Part shown: positions 11,892 through 25,956 of the stretch, one piece after another
How the letters are laid out: the number at the start of each line of letters is the position of its first letter
Position numbering within the stretch: the first letter of the stretch is position 1
Assembly (NCBI GenBank): GCA_047967505.1
Contig: CM106538.1
DNA from: Dipteris shenzhenensis
Lineage: Eukaryota
Length of the DNA: 64,000 nucleotides
Strand: one strand, 5' to 3'
Notes under the pieces: generated by a model
Databases searched by the model: none
What the model was told of the DNA's origin: nothing
Seen by the model: only the letters and a program-made list of their open reading frames with translations
Position numbers and translations under genes: made by a program

Positions 11892-13886
11892 ATTCTCTTA
11901 ATATATAATAATAATAATATAATAGGTTGGTTCGGAAGAATTCTTTCATTTTTTCATTGTCCTCTCTCTTTCTCACTCACACACAGGTAATACTCGGAGC
12001 TAGGTGGTAGTAAGGATGGAGTGTGAAGAGGGTGGGCAAGGGGGTCAGGGGAGTGTGAATGGGAGACAAAGATGGTGGACTTGGGAGGTGATCACGATGA
12101 GGATGTACCTACTCGAGTTGTGTGAACAGAGAATATAGAAAATTATAGGCAACAGAAGTCAAAGGAAAGGAGATTCACACATAGAGCATAGAGGCACTCA
12201 AAGACAGATGGACAAGTAAGATACACATTAACAATTGCTCGATCTCATCTCACATTTCCCATGAATTTAAGCGAATCCACAAGATCCATTCCCAAGCATC
12301 TCTTCGACTCATGCTTGCATCATTTCTAGATAAAACAAGAGCATTTGCTTCTAAATTATAGCTCAATGCCTTCCCCTTGGTTGTTTCAAGGAAGCATAAT
12401 AGTTGCTCCATCTTTCCACTGTACAATACATTACAATATGGCTCCCTGGCCTTGTCTTCCTCTCCTAGTGCTTGCTTTCCTCTTCAGCGGTGCCACTCCC
12501 TCCGCCCTTGCTTGGGGCGTTGATGGGCACTTCCTCAGCTGCTCCATAGCCCAGGTCTTCTTCTTCAGTTATCTAGACATATTTCCTGTAACAACGTTTT
12601 CATTGAGCTCCGATTTGCTTCATCATCATACATATCTTTCCTGCAACATTTTCATTGATCTCCGATTTGCACTCTATCACCCAATTCTCATCCTAACTTC
12701 GTCGCTACGAGAATGCCTCGAGAATGCTCTTCACCTCATCATTTCTGTGTTTCACATCGCACATGATGCCTTTATTAGTGTGAACAACTTAGCGTAAAAT
12801 CAAGACCCAGGCATTCGCTAACAAGCTGTAGCGTGATGCAGACGATGTTCACCCAAGCCACTGTAGATGCAGTACAAAGTCTTCTCCCAGAGTATGCAGG
12901 AGGCAACCTTTCCAGCTTATGCTCGTGGGCTGATGATGTAAAGTTCAAGTATCGTTGGAGCAATCCACTTCACTACATTGACACTCCTGACGAATTACGT
13001 AACTACCATTATAAGAGTGAGTGTCAATGCAGTCTGTAGAGCAGTATTTGAAATAATGTTAGGCTATAGTTGAAATCGAATATTGTCAGCTATCCATTTT
13101 CATTACTTTGTAAAGAGGAAGCCCTGCGCCTTTTGATGCTTTTCAAAAATTTAAGGTTCAACGGAGTTCAAATTTCTGATACGGCTACTTCTTTCCTCGG
13201 GCTAAGAACAGGAGATTGCTACAATGCTGCGAGAGTGTAGGATATGTGTGTGGCTGGTGCTATCTACAACTATACTTCACAGCTTACTAGTTACAACTCA
13301 TCCAAATCGCAATGTTGGGTGCTATCCATCAAACAAAACCATATTTCAGTTTGTTCAATCTCTGAGCAGGATCTGGGGATCTCTAAAAAATAGTTCATTC
13401 TATCTTTGCAAATAATTTGACGGAAGCACATTGCTGGAGACATCCATCAAGTTTCACTCTTTGACTGTCTGGTCACGCAGCTGAATTTGATATTTTGGAC
13501 TGGTCTTGGGCGTGATGGCTTATCTCATATATTTTCATCCGCAAAAAATAGGTATTGATGTTGGAACATCCTCATTTTACTTCACAATTTCTAATCCATA
13601 ATTCCTCGGAAGTAGCCACTTCATGTAGGATTCACAAGTGACAAAGGAGGGAACACCATTGCCATCCATTGGTAAAATTGACAAGACAATTTGCATTACG
13701 TAATCCTTTGTCTCTCTTTAATCTGCTTCACACTTGCAAACGCTCTATAAAACCATGAGAATCTAGAGCTGAGAGAGTTTTATTCATGGAATGCCTTACA
13801 GGCGTAGGATGATGACATTATCTACTATAGCTCGATTGTTCAAATTAGCTGGAAGATACACCATTTGTATGCTAGTATATTGTAGA
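11892..13886 (+). repeat. Direct duplicate of 8585-10618 (Helitron-like unit 2)
   Basis: Collinear high identity from ATTCTCTTAATATATA to ...ATATTGTAGA. Confidence 0.9.
12438..13886 (+). pseudogene. S1/P1 nuclease pseudogene, copy 2
   Basis: WGVDGH, LCSWADDVK, PLHYIDTPD, PLHVGFTSDKGGN motifs. Shares the GTG TAG GAT stop with copy 1 and has an additional deletion in exon 4. Confidence 0.9.
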
Positions 13887-14559
13887 GGAATTCAAGTAAA
13901 TAGATCATTGGGTGAAGCAAGGAAATTCAATGAGAAATGCATGATGCATCCCAAGCTTTAGCCTAGGGGGTTGCACATTGGGTCTCGTGCCAAAGTCTTG
14001 GAATCTTAGTGGCATCAAGCAAGAGCCTATGGATGGGTTTGGACTAGCTAGGGGGAGTAAAACCTCCCATGCTAGCTATTTAGAGAGGTATGATTGCCCT
14101 AGCTTGGGGGACCTATTTGAATGTGTGGGAATTGAGCAAGCCATGTAGGTGAGCTTTTTAAAAAATGCAATATGTTTGCAATATAGAATTATTTGCATCC
14201 TTGTTGTACTCTAAAGAGTGTGCTCTAATCACGTCACAGTGCTGATTCTATTAGAATTCATAAAGGAGAACTACTCGATATATGGACCAATTGTGAAAAA
14301 GCACTCTCTACACAATTTAGGTCATATGTGAAGGGTTGCAGTTGTGAATGAATTGAAAATGAAATAAAAAACAAGGGAAGGAGGATTTTGGGACTTGGAG
14401 GGTTGAAATGAAACCTTGTCTCTTAAGATCTACGCAGGCCAAAATTGGATGAATAAGAGGATGATTTGAACACGGTAAGGAAAACTCAAAGAGTGTCGGT
14501 TCTATTTGCAAATGTGTGAGCACGAGACGCAACTAGCACTTACGTATCTGGGCAGGCGA

Positions 14560-15560
14560 TGTAGTTACCTGTACAGTTTTCCCATTGCAAAATCTCGTTC
14601 TCCTATAGCACACACGCCAAGTGAGTCTAGGTCAATTAGAGATGAATGTGATGATATGAAAGAAAAGATAATGTAACCAACATTATGAAAGAAAGACTTA
14701 GATGACTTTTGAACTATAGAGCAAGCTCTTTTTATATCTAGATGAGCAAAATGACAAAAGGCCCTCCAATGCACAAAAATAAAGCCTGAGATGTGGAATT
14801 TAGTCCACTACACAGTGTTGGGTACTCTTTCATCCAAAGTGGTGGAACATGACTCCCAAAGAGGTTCAAGAATATTATGCATAGGATGTTACATTTACTA
14901 AGTGTTGTGATGAGCTAGCTAAATATCAAACAATGCAAGAAGGGTTTATTTGCATCCAGTAATGTATAAGAACTATCCAAAAATATACGTACATGGAAAT
15001 CATGGATGTTGGATGGTGCTAGTTGTGAACTCATATGTCCACTTTCCATGAGGGTTTTGGCACAATCATGATCCAGCTCAAGATTTGGAGCACTTTGAGG
15101 AATAGACCCCTAGAAGGTTGAGGTGAGTAGCTTGTCTATATTTATTGAAATCATGAAATGGGATATGATGAGCAAGCTCCAAAATAAACATATGTTGTTG
15201 TTCCTCATTCCACCCTTTTCAAAGAGGTTGCTTCCATCATTGAAACTGACACTACAATCCAAACAAATGAGGAGGAGAAAGAGGTAGAAAGTGATACTAC
15301 CAAAGTGGATGATGAGGAAGGTCTTATTGGACTTCCAAACCATAGTGATGATGAGCAAGATGATGATGAATCCGATGATCAGAGCCTTGATGATGAAGAC
15401 ATTATTGGACTTGCAAACCATAGTGATAATGAGCAAGATGATGGTTAGAGCCTTGACGATGACTCTGATGGCCAGGGCCTTGATGATTTGTGAAAGTAGA
15501 GTTAGATTTTGGACTCTTTTGAAGAACGAGATAGATGTTTTGAAAGTTGAAATTGCTTTT
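14560..15560 (+). mobile_element. Decayed hAT transposase C-terminal remnant
   Basis: SPLHSVGY/LHPKWW (~14800, frameshifted) and ELAKY..G/LF..WKSWMLDGASCEL..LSMRVLAQ (14910-15070) resemble the hAT dimerisation region; an acidic D-rich tail follows. Confidence 0.6.
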
Positions 15561-15999
15561 GGGATTTGTTGGCTCATTTGTTTTGAAAGTTAAACTTTAG
15601 AATTTACTTTTCAAAAAGTACTTTTTTGTCGTATTTAATAGGTACAAAGATAGATGTTTTAACGTACTTTTTTTTTGTATTCAATAGGTACAAAGATAGA
15701 TGATTTAACATAGCATGCTGTCCTATACCAAATTGGTCATAGTATACACATAATTACCAGAGCCAACCTTATGACTTGCAAATAGTATTTTAAAGATTCA
15801 AGTGGTAGTCCCAGAGCTGATATTTCAAGGTACAAGGGTTGCTCTAGTGATGATATACACTAGGTCAGTGTTATCATTATGTGCATTGGTTTAATGTTAG
15901 TATGTATGTGTTAATAGTTTTCTTCAATGTCTACATGTTTGCGTTAATGGGTTGCTTTAATAGGTTTGCTTTAATGGGTTGCTCAAAATTTCAATGTGC

Positions 16000-16900
16000 A
16001 TGCAATTGCTGTCCGCAATGCAAATGATTTGAATGATGATTCACATGCAAGAAAAGATCGTGCTGCACAAAGAGAAAAGCAAGGAAGAAAGCATACTGTT
16101 AAACACGCTTGGGATACAAACAATGATGAAGGGTAACCTTATGAGAAAGGGCCTTTCCAGGTTAACAAGGAACAAGAAGGGTCTGTTGATTATGTGGAAA
16201 CTTTAAGAAAGGTTAACAAGGCATATGTAGGGTAGTTTGATGAGGCACAAGCAAGGCAAGCTAATGGCAAACATGCAGAGAAGGTTGACAAAGCAAGAGC
16301 AAGACAAGATAGTAAAGTTGAAGAAGCACAAGATGAGAAGGCAGACTTAGGGCTTGTTGCAAATTGGGATGCAAAATTAGCAAAGATCTTATGTGATATA
16401 AAAGCATTCAATATTGATTTTCAGAAGGATGCACAGGCTAATGCAAAAGCATTTGATTCTATTGTTGTTAAGGATGCACAAGCTGATGCATCAACATACA
16501 AGACTAATGTTGAGAAGGATGCAGCATGTAGGGGCTAATGCATCACCATACAATGCTCATGTTGAGGACAATGCAGATGATGATGGAGAAGCTAAGGGAG
16601 ATGTTCAAAAGGATGTGCATCTTGACACAAAAGTATCCAATGTTGATGTTTATAAGGATACACAAGCTAATGCAGAATCACACAATGCTAAAATTGATTG
16701 AATGTAGATGATGATGGAGAAGCTAAGGAAGATGTTCAAAAGGATGCACATGTTGACGCAAAAGCATCCAATGCTTATGTTTATAAGGATGCACAAGCTG
16801 ATGTAGAAGCACACAATGCTGAAGTTGACAACAATATTGAACAGAAGCACACAATGTTAAAAGATACAGGATTTATAGAGGGAGATGCTACCCCAATATT
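16000..16900 (+). pseudogene. Degenerate D/A/K-rich repetitive reading frame, likely TE-associated
   Basis: DDDGEAK.DVQKD.H.D.K.SN..VYKD.QA unit (~130 bp) occurs twice at 16575-16835; stops and frameshifts present. Confidence 0.35.
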
Positions 16901-18460
16901 GAGCATTCTTAGAATTTCAAATCATTGTAGGATAAGAAAATGAGGTTTTTGAAGTGTGAAAGGATGCTAAATGCTTCCTTAAGGCATGTTTAAATATGCT
17001 TGCGTTAATTCTTTGGAGCAGTTACACCTACCGCAATATGGAAAATACAATGTGATAGGTGTTCCTAACTTGTGGAGGAGAAAGAGTTTCTTCTTGGCAA
17101 AGCTGGGCCAAGATGATTGCACAAAGGCACCATTTCAGTTTGTGAATGTGCTTGGGGTTCCTATAAGCTTTGGGCAAAAACCCATTTTCTTCAAGAATAT
17201 TCAAATGTGCTAGGAATAGTAGGCGAGGGCCTCTACTCAACCAAACGAGGGTGGGCGGGCGGATAGAGTGGCGGATATGGGAACTGATGGACCAGTAGGG
17301 GTTGTTGAGGTCAAAGGCTTGGATTGGGGTGGTAGTTGAGGCTCCAAGATGATGTTCTGACTCGGAGGGGCATGGAGATTCTTCCTTGGTCAGCGTGTGC
17401 TACTTGACAACAGCCCTCTTCTTATGAAGCTTTCTCGAGTTAATGTTGAGCAATGTGCTCATCGTAGATTGCCTTGGTTTTTGCTTCAACCCGAGCCTTG
17501 GCCATGATCTTGTCCTCTGTGAGCTGAGCCTTTCCCTTTCCCACCTTGGGCGACGTCTTGTTGGATCCCTACTATGAGGTAGGTGCGATATCGTCGATGA
17601 GGGCTTTGGCGAGACAAGGCCGAAGCGGTCTCAAACAAGCACCCACAGGCTTGCTCCATCCTCCCACAGAGTTGTAGCAGTAGTAGACTCCAAGCTCCAA
17701 GCACCCATATGAGCTCAGCTAGACCACCCACAAGTGTGGACTTGAGCTAGTTGTTAAGATACTAGAGGTGCTCGAGCTCAAGTGTTTGCTCAACCTCAAC
17801 TACACAAGGAGGCAGCCCTTGGGGACTCACTTTGGGTTTCTATAAGAAGTGCTAACTTAGAGTTGGAGTCCAAGAGAATAATTGGTTTTGGCCAATCGTA
17901 CACCATGAATGTTAGCCCAATGTCAGTAAGGCTAATGGGGCCTTACTCTTGGTGCCTGTTGAAGCTAACTCAGCTTCTAAGGGGTGGGTGCATCAAAAGA
18001 CTATGATGATGTTAATGGTACTAGAATGGGGTCCTTGTGATCGTATGGCATTGACGGGGACATTTGGGTCTTGGTGGTGAGGGAACTTGGGTGGATACTT
18101 GTTGAGTAGGTAGCGTGTGGCTCATAAGATCATGATTTTTGGAAGCTGCCTTGTATGTTTGGCTCCCTTAGCTTGGATCTGCTCTAGTTGTGTCACAATT
18201 TTCATCTCACTCATGGTTCAAGTCTGTTATGTTTGTGGGTGTTGGTCTTTCCATTGCCTTGACCTCGATATGCTAGACCTTCTTGTTGTGTAAGTGCATG
18301 ATCTTAGCCTTTAGATTTTGCCTTTGGGTCTTAGTTGTGAATATTGAACAAATTGCCTTTGAGTCATGCATTCAAAATGTTGGGCTTAGACTTTTGCTTG
18401 TTGATCCTGATATGCATCAAGCTCGTCCTATAGGGTGTGATTATTTTTCCAAGTCAATCA

Positions 18461-21400
18461 TGTAAAGAATAAGGGAGAGAGATAGGAGACTCAAGTTCAG
18501 CTTTCTTCACAACACACAAAAGAGAGAGGACACAAGGTTGGAGGGTGAAGCCTTTCTTCACTTTTGCACACAACAATAATACAATAGAAGAGGGAAATAC
18601 CCTATATGTCAAACCCTAGAATACGTGGTTCATATGTGAACCCAAACCAAAAACATACGTGGTAGTCTAACTACACCACAAGTACAACTAACATAGGCGG
18701 TGACATAAATGATAGTCATCCAGGAGATATATCGGGGGTAGAGCTTGATATCTCAACACTCCCCCTCAAGCTCAAATCCATCTCACGTACACCAAGCAAG
18801 CTCCTAAATCTGCGAAGCTTCTCGGTACCCAATGCCTTCGTAAAAATATCAGCCACCTACTCCTCAGTGCTGACATAGACAAGATCAATCTCACCAGCTA
18901 GAACCTTCTCTCTCACAAAGTGATAATGCACCTCAATGTGCTTCGTTCTAGCATGATAAACTGGGTTATTAGCAAGCATGATGCTGCTAATGTTGTCACA
19001 ATGAATGACAACTGCTGCATGAACTGACTGTCCCATATCTGCAAGTAGCTTCCGTATCCAAGCTACCTCACATGCAGCCATTGCTGCACCCCTGTACTCA
19101 GCCTCTGTGCTCGACAAGGCAACTGTTGGCTGCTTCTTGCTGCTCCAACTGATGGCACCACTCCCAAGGGAAAACATAAACCCACTAGTAGATCTCCTGT
19201 CTGAGACACTACCATCCCAATCAGCATCTGTGTATCCATGTACCTGTAATGCACACCCAGCTTCATAAAACAGTCCATAATGCAATGTGGACTTCACATA
19301 CCGCAGTATGCGCCTAGCCGCATCCAAATGTGGCTTCCTCGGTGCCTGCATAAACTGACTCACCAGCCCCACAGCATAGCTCAAATCTGGTCTGGTTATA
19401 GTCATGTAAATCAAGCTACCTACTATGCGCCTGTACATAGTAATATCTTCAAGAAGCTCACCTGTCTCTGCATTGAGCTTCACATTCTGCTCCAATGGAA
19501 CAGAGATAGGCTTACAGCCTGTCATCCCATATTTGGACAGCATGTCCAAACCGTATTGCCTTTGCAACAGCCATATCCCACTTGGGGATCTAATAACCTC
19601 AATGCCCAAGAAGTAACGCAGCTCTCCCAAATCCTTCATCTCAAATTTTTGCTTCAACAGCAGCTTCACTTCATTAATGTCTGCATCACTATCACCTGTA
19701 ATAATCAAGTCATCAACATAGATGACTACAAGCACAATCCCTCTGTTTGTCCTTTTCACATAAAGTGAAAAATCTGAATTGGAAATCTGAAATCCAATAG
19801 TGACAAGATATTGCCCTATCTTGTCTGACCATGCCCTCGGCGCCTGTTTTAAGCCATACAAGGCTTTGCGCAATCTGCATACAAAATCGGGGTGTGAATT
19901 ATCCTCATAACCTTCTGGCTGCATCATATAAACCTCTTCCTGCAAATCACCATGCAAGAAGGCATTTTTCACATCCATCTGATGCAAAGACCATCCCTTT
20001 GCAGCAGCCATAGCAATTACTGCTCTCACGGTTGCCATCCTTGCAACTGGGCTGAAAGTTTCCTCATAGTTAATTCCATATGTCTGTGCAAAACCTTTGG
20101 CAACCAATCTTGCCTTGTACCTGCTAACAGACCCATCAGCATTGTGCTTTACTTTGTAAACCCACTTGCAGCCAATAGCCTTCTTATCATGAGGCAAAGG
20201 CATCAAATCCCAAGTGTGGTTTGCATCCAAGGCAGCCATCTCTTCATCCATAGCTGCTTCCCAATTTTTATGCCCTGCTGCATCCTCAAAACATGTGGGC
20301 TCTGGCTCCTCTAAAACCTTGACCATATAAGCATAGTGATGTGCTGTATACCCATCATATCTCAGCCTGTCAATTGGATACTTAATACGAGTGGACCGCC
20401 GTACAACTGGATCAGTTGCAGGAGTCTTTAAATCATGCCTGCTTTTCCTTGCACCAGGTGTAACAACAGAAGGAATCCCAAGTTCCTCATCAAGGCTCAT
20501 TTTAGAGCCACTTGACTCTCCATCAACATGAGAGCTACAGCAGACACATCAAACACTGGAGCATGGTCCACTTTTTCTTTTCCCTTATGTGATACCTGCA
20601 CAACACTATCAGGACTGCCATGTGACGATTCACTAGATCTCAATCTCCCTGTCCATGCATTAGATCCACTAGTAGAGGACTCTTTGGGTCCACTCAAGGC
20701 TTGAGATTGCTGCTCTGCATTTATTGCAGCATTCCCATTTCCTGCATCTGCATCTCCTACCATAACAGTTGGTGCATACCAACTGCTCATTTCATCAAAA
20801 ACAACATCTCTACTCACTTGCATTTTGCAGGTGGAAGGGTTATAACAGCGATACCCTTTCTGGTGCAGAGCATCCAATAAAGATGCATTTTTCTGCCTTT
20901 GGATCTAGCTTTGTTCTCTTCTCATCAGGAACATGAACATAAGCTATGCAACCAAATACTTTCAAGTGAGAAATATCTAGTTTTTGGCCTGTATACATTT
21001 CTTCAGGTGTCATGCCATGGACAGCTGCAGTGGGGGTTCTGTTCATAATATAAACAGCAGTTGCTACTGCTTCAGCCCAAAAATAATCAGGCATGTTTTT
21101 CTCATTTAGGATCGCCCGTCCTACTTCTGCAATATGCCTGTTCTTCCTTTCTGCAACCCCATTCTGCTGAGGGGTAGACCTGCATGAGTACTTCCTTTGA
21201 ATTCCCTGTTCTTTCAGATATTCACAAAATTCTTCTGAAAAGTACTCTCCCCCTCCATCAGATCTTAGCACTTTAATATGCACACCTTTCTCTTTTTCAA
21301 CCATTGCCTTAAAAGCCTTGAAATGGCTGAACACTTCACTTTTGTGCTTCATAAAATAAATCCACACCTTCCTAGTGTAGTCATCAATAAACGTCACATA

Positions 21401-23934
21401 ATAATGGCATCCACCAATAGAAGCAGCTTTGGTTGTCCAAACATCTGAATGGATCACTTCCAAAGGTCTTCTGCTCACCTTAGCATTTTTGGGAAATGCA
21501 TGTCTGGCCTGCTTACCCATTTGGCATGCTTCACATACCTTTTGCATTCCCTCAACTCTGAATTTAGGCAAACCTGCAACAATGTTTTTCGTTTGCATAG
21601 ATTTCAGCCTTTGTATATTCACGTGCCCAATGCGCTTGTGCCATATCTCAATATCTGCAATGACACCACTCCCATGCGCAAACATAGCGGCTTTCACCTC
21701 AGGCATATCAACATCCAAGGTGAACATTCTGCCATTTTTGTTGCCTTTTGCAACCAAGCGGCACTTATTTTTCAAGTCCTCAACAAAGCATCCATCAGGA
21801 TTAAATCTAACCTGCAAACCTTGCTCAACCATCTGGCCAACTGAAACCAGGTTCTTAGTGATTTTTGGAACATGAAGTACATCTGCCAAGTACTTCGTTT
21901 TGCCATCCTGCATAGCCAATGGCACTTTACCAACCTGTGTAATTGGGTGCGCAGTATCATCACCTGTTTCAACATAACCTGGCTTATCCAAATTTCTAAC
22001 ATCATGAAACCACTCACCATGACTGGTCATGTGGTTAGAGGCACCTGAATCAACATACCAAACATCATTGCAAGCTGCAGCATCTCCTGACATGGAGTTA
22101 ACCATATGCTGCATCACAAAAAGGTGCTCATTTCTGTCGTCACCATGCCCACTTGATGATGCATAGTTGCTTTGCTGCAACTTCCCACTTTTGATGTCAT
22201 TCTGCTTTTTATAGCATGTATTCTCCAGGCTTTCCACAATAATAGCATTCTGTGCTGCTATTTACTTGCTGGTTCCTTTGCCATGAACCACGGCCTCTTT
22301 GGCTCCCCCTGCCTCTAGAACTACCACATCCTCCTCCATAGGATTGGTTTTCCTGTTGTTGCTGTTGGTTCTGATTTCCTGCATGGCCACCAAAACGGCC
22401 TCTTCCTCTACCCCTGCCTCTACCTGTATTCGAGTAGAAAGCAGTCTCTTGAGAAGTTGAGGTGGCTGAACCACCATTCCTTTGCTCTTCACTCAGCAAG
22501 AGAGCAATAAGTTCCTGAAAATCAGGAAATGTTTCACGGACTCCAATGGATGTCCGAAACTGTGCATAATCTTTCCCAAGACCATTCAAGGTCACGGACA
22601 CTAAGTCCTCATCATCAACAGGTGCTCCAATGGAGGCAAGAGAATCTGCAAGGCCTTTCACCTTCAAGGAATACTCATTTATATTCATATTTTTCCTTTG
22701 CACATTGTGCAACTCCTGCTTTAGCTGCATCTTTCGTGCTTTGGTATTTGTGCTATACAGCTTCACCAATGTATCCCATGCCTCCTTAGGTGTCTCTACA
22801 TCTTGTATATGCACAATCATAGAATCTGAAATGCTAACAGACAGCCAATACAAGCATTTTCTGGCTTTTTCATGCCATTCTTTAAAGGCCTTCAATTCAG
22901 CAGGAGTGGGAGCAGCACCCAAAACTAGTTCTGCAGTTTCACCACTGATGTAATCCCAAACTCCCTTTCCCATAAGGAAGTTTATCATCCTGAACTTCCA
23001 TGCTTGGAAGTTGTTCTTGTCAAGCTTCTCACTGACAATGGTAGACAGATTCTCAGACATTTTACAAATCATGAATTGCAACAGCAACTTGTAAACACAG
23101 CAAATGCCTCACAAGGGCAAATAGCAAAACTTCTGCAAAAAACCTCACAGGGGCAGATCTGCAACACGGACAAAAGTGGTATTTCACCACACAGTCACTT
23201 CCTAGTGACGATTTTGCATCAACAGGCAATAGGCATGAATCTACAATCCCAATATCTCTGCACACAGGCATATGATGCAATTTCTATGGCACTTTCCACC
23301 GACTAGCCGCGCAGTGGTCGCACAGCGAAAAACAGGGCCTTTTTCTGAGTGCCTACAAAGAACTTGCGCCTTCAAAACGGGCCCCGAAACGGCCTCAAAT
23401 CAAAAAAATAAAGTCATCAAGGGCTTCGCCCTAACCCGCAGCATATACTGCGCTCTCGCCACACCGCGAAGGGCCTCTCAATCTGAAACAGTGCACTCCT
23501 GCACTTCTGGCTGTGCTACCTGCAGAGATTTGCTCCCAAACTCGAAATAGGAAAGCAACACTGGTCCTCTTACCAAGACACCACAAACTTGGCTTGCTTT
23601 CTTGAGCTCCTTACCACGAACAAAGCTCTGATACCATGTAAAGAATAAGGGAGAGAGATAGGAGACTCAAGTTCAGCTTTCTTCACAACACACAAAAGAG
23701 AGAGGACACAAGGTTGGAGGGTGAAGCCTTTCTTCACTTTTGCACACAACAATAATACAATAGAAGAGGGAAATACCCTATATGTCAAACCCTAGAATAC
23801 GTGGTTCATATGTGAACCCAAACCAAAAACATACGTGGTAGTCTAACTACACCACGAGTACAACTAACATAGGCGGTGACATAAATGATAGTCATCCAGG
23901 AGATATATCGGGGGTAGAGCTTGATATCTCAACA
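18461..23934 (-). mobile_element. Complete Ty1/copia LTR retrotransposon, very young
   Basis: 298-bp LTRs at 18461-18758 and 23637-23934 (TG..CA, one mismatch seen). TSD AATCA at 18456-18460 and 23935-23939. tRNA-Met PBS 23625-23636; PPT from 18759. Confidence 0.97.
18770..23060 (-). pseudogene. copia gag-pol (gag, zinc knuckle, protease, integrase, RT, RNase H), broken by ~3 frameshifts and a stop
   Basis: ORFs 22209..23087 (gag), 20840..22237 (WYVDSGASNH, integrase), 20497..20877 and 18857..20500 (YVDDL, RNase H). Confidence 0.93.
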
Positions 23935-24940
23935 AATCAACCAAAGCTTTAGCTTTTCTTCTCATTGCTTGACTTTTACCTCATTAAAGTGGGTGACCTA
24001 TAGGGGCATCCAATGTTGAGAGATGTGTGTGAACACCTTGTTGCATGGTTGGCCTTGTAGGTAAGTTTGTTCTAGGTTCTTATACAAGACCACATGTAAA
24101 GCCTCTAGTGAAAAGTAAAAAATAATCATTGGGTTGGGATGGAATAATGCTTATGGCATAGCCCAAGGAATCGATATTCGAGGTTGGCATAGGATGGGCA
24201 TGGCCACAACTCCTCACTCAAGGGTACTTTGGGAATCTTGCCTTGGAGATTACCTTCATACTCTATCATAGGAACTTTAACAGCAAGCAAATCAACATCG
24301 GTGCAAACTCCATGTTTTCTAAAAAAACACTATACTCCCACATGGGACTTCCCTAGCTTGTGGACAATTTGTAAGTTAAATTCCTACAACAACAGCATAC
24401 AACACTCTAGTAGCCCTTGGATGACTATTTTATTGGATGAATATTTTGTAAGTTAATTTCCTACAACAATAGCATCCAACACTTCAGTAGCCCTTGAATG
24501 ACTATTTTATTAATTAAATAGAACAAGTCTTGGTTGTTGACATAAAATATGAATGGATTGACAAGTGGAGAATGACTAAAATTTTGGATATTATACGAGT
24601 GCTTCTCACTCACTGGTATTATAGTTGCACTTTGAGGTTGTCATCATATCACTTACATAGTAAACTGGGTAGTCTAGCTGCCATGGAGCTAAGCTAAGAT
24701 AATTCCTATGGCAAAGCCCAAGAGTTGACATGAACATGGAATATCACATCCCATCAAGGTTGGCATAGGATGGGAGTGGTCACAACTCCTTGCTCAGGTG
24801 GTACTGTAGTTGCACTCTTGAGGTGTCATCATGCCATTTACATAACAAACTAGCTAGTCTAGTTAGCCATCAAGTTGAGCTATGATAATGCCTATGGCAT
24901 ACCTCAAGGCATCGACATGAATGTGGAATATCACATCCCA

Positions 24941-25520
24941 TCAACGTTGGGGTAGGATGGGTGTGATCATGGCTTGGTCGTTTAATGCCTTGAATTCCCC
25001 TAGTAAGTTACCATTCCACTGCAACTTCACCTCTTTTTGGGCGAGTTCATATAATGGGGTTGCAAGTTGAAAAAAACCTTTAATGAATCGATGGTAGAAG
25101 CTAATAAAGTTGATGAATGAATGTAATTGTGTTAGTATATTCGGTTCCATCATTCTCTCTCTGACGTATATCTTTAAGTGCTCAATTTTGATTCCTTCCT
25201 TAGAAATGACATGTTCGAGTAGGATGCCAATCCTTACACAATATACATATGTAGCCAGAGATTCAAGATATTCCTCCTCCTCAATACTTCTAAAGACCTT
25301 GAGATGACCTACCTCAACTATGTACACAGCATCTATATAGATAGTGAGAAAGTCAACCAGTTAATCCTTAAATATATCCACCATAAATTGTTGAAGTGTT
25401 GTCGGTGCATTCCTTAGACAAATAGCACCACCTTCATGCATGAGCCCCCCACTCAATGATGAATTCCATCTTTTGTTGGTCCTCATATATGAAGATCTAG
25501 TTGTATCCACTAGACCCATC
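24941..25520 (-). mobile_element. Decayed Ty3/gypsy RT fragment
   Basis: FINFISFYHRFIKGFFQLATPLYEL matches the gypsy RT-RNaseH connection; NAPTT and TIYID-like remnants lie upstream. Confidence 0.7.
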
Positions 25521-25786
25521 CATCCACTAGACGATCAAGCCATATAGCCTCCTTGCAACCCTCTGTGGCTGCAACATACTCAGCCCATCAATTTCAAGAT
25601 GTCCTTGGGAACCCCTCTTTCACCCTTGATATGTTTAGCAGGTAGAAAAGGGCGAAGCATGCTGATCATCTAGAGTCATTATTGAATTGATGGACAAGTC
25701 ATCATTTTAATGACAAGGGGATGTAATACCATGCAAGGGTATTTGGAAAGGTAAAGCTCTTGTAAGCTTCATATGTTATTTTGTGG

Positions 25787-25956
<170 letters not shown>

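Noticed and set aside
9154-13886. Functional nuclease tandem pair, or a nuclease-protease defence system with the Ulp1-like gene
   Set aside because: All copies have stops, broken splice sites and truncations; the adjacency is explained by TE insertion.
17200-18440. Possible gypsy integrase remnant on the minus strand
   Set aside because: Too decayed to support with a clear motif by eye.
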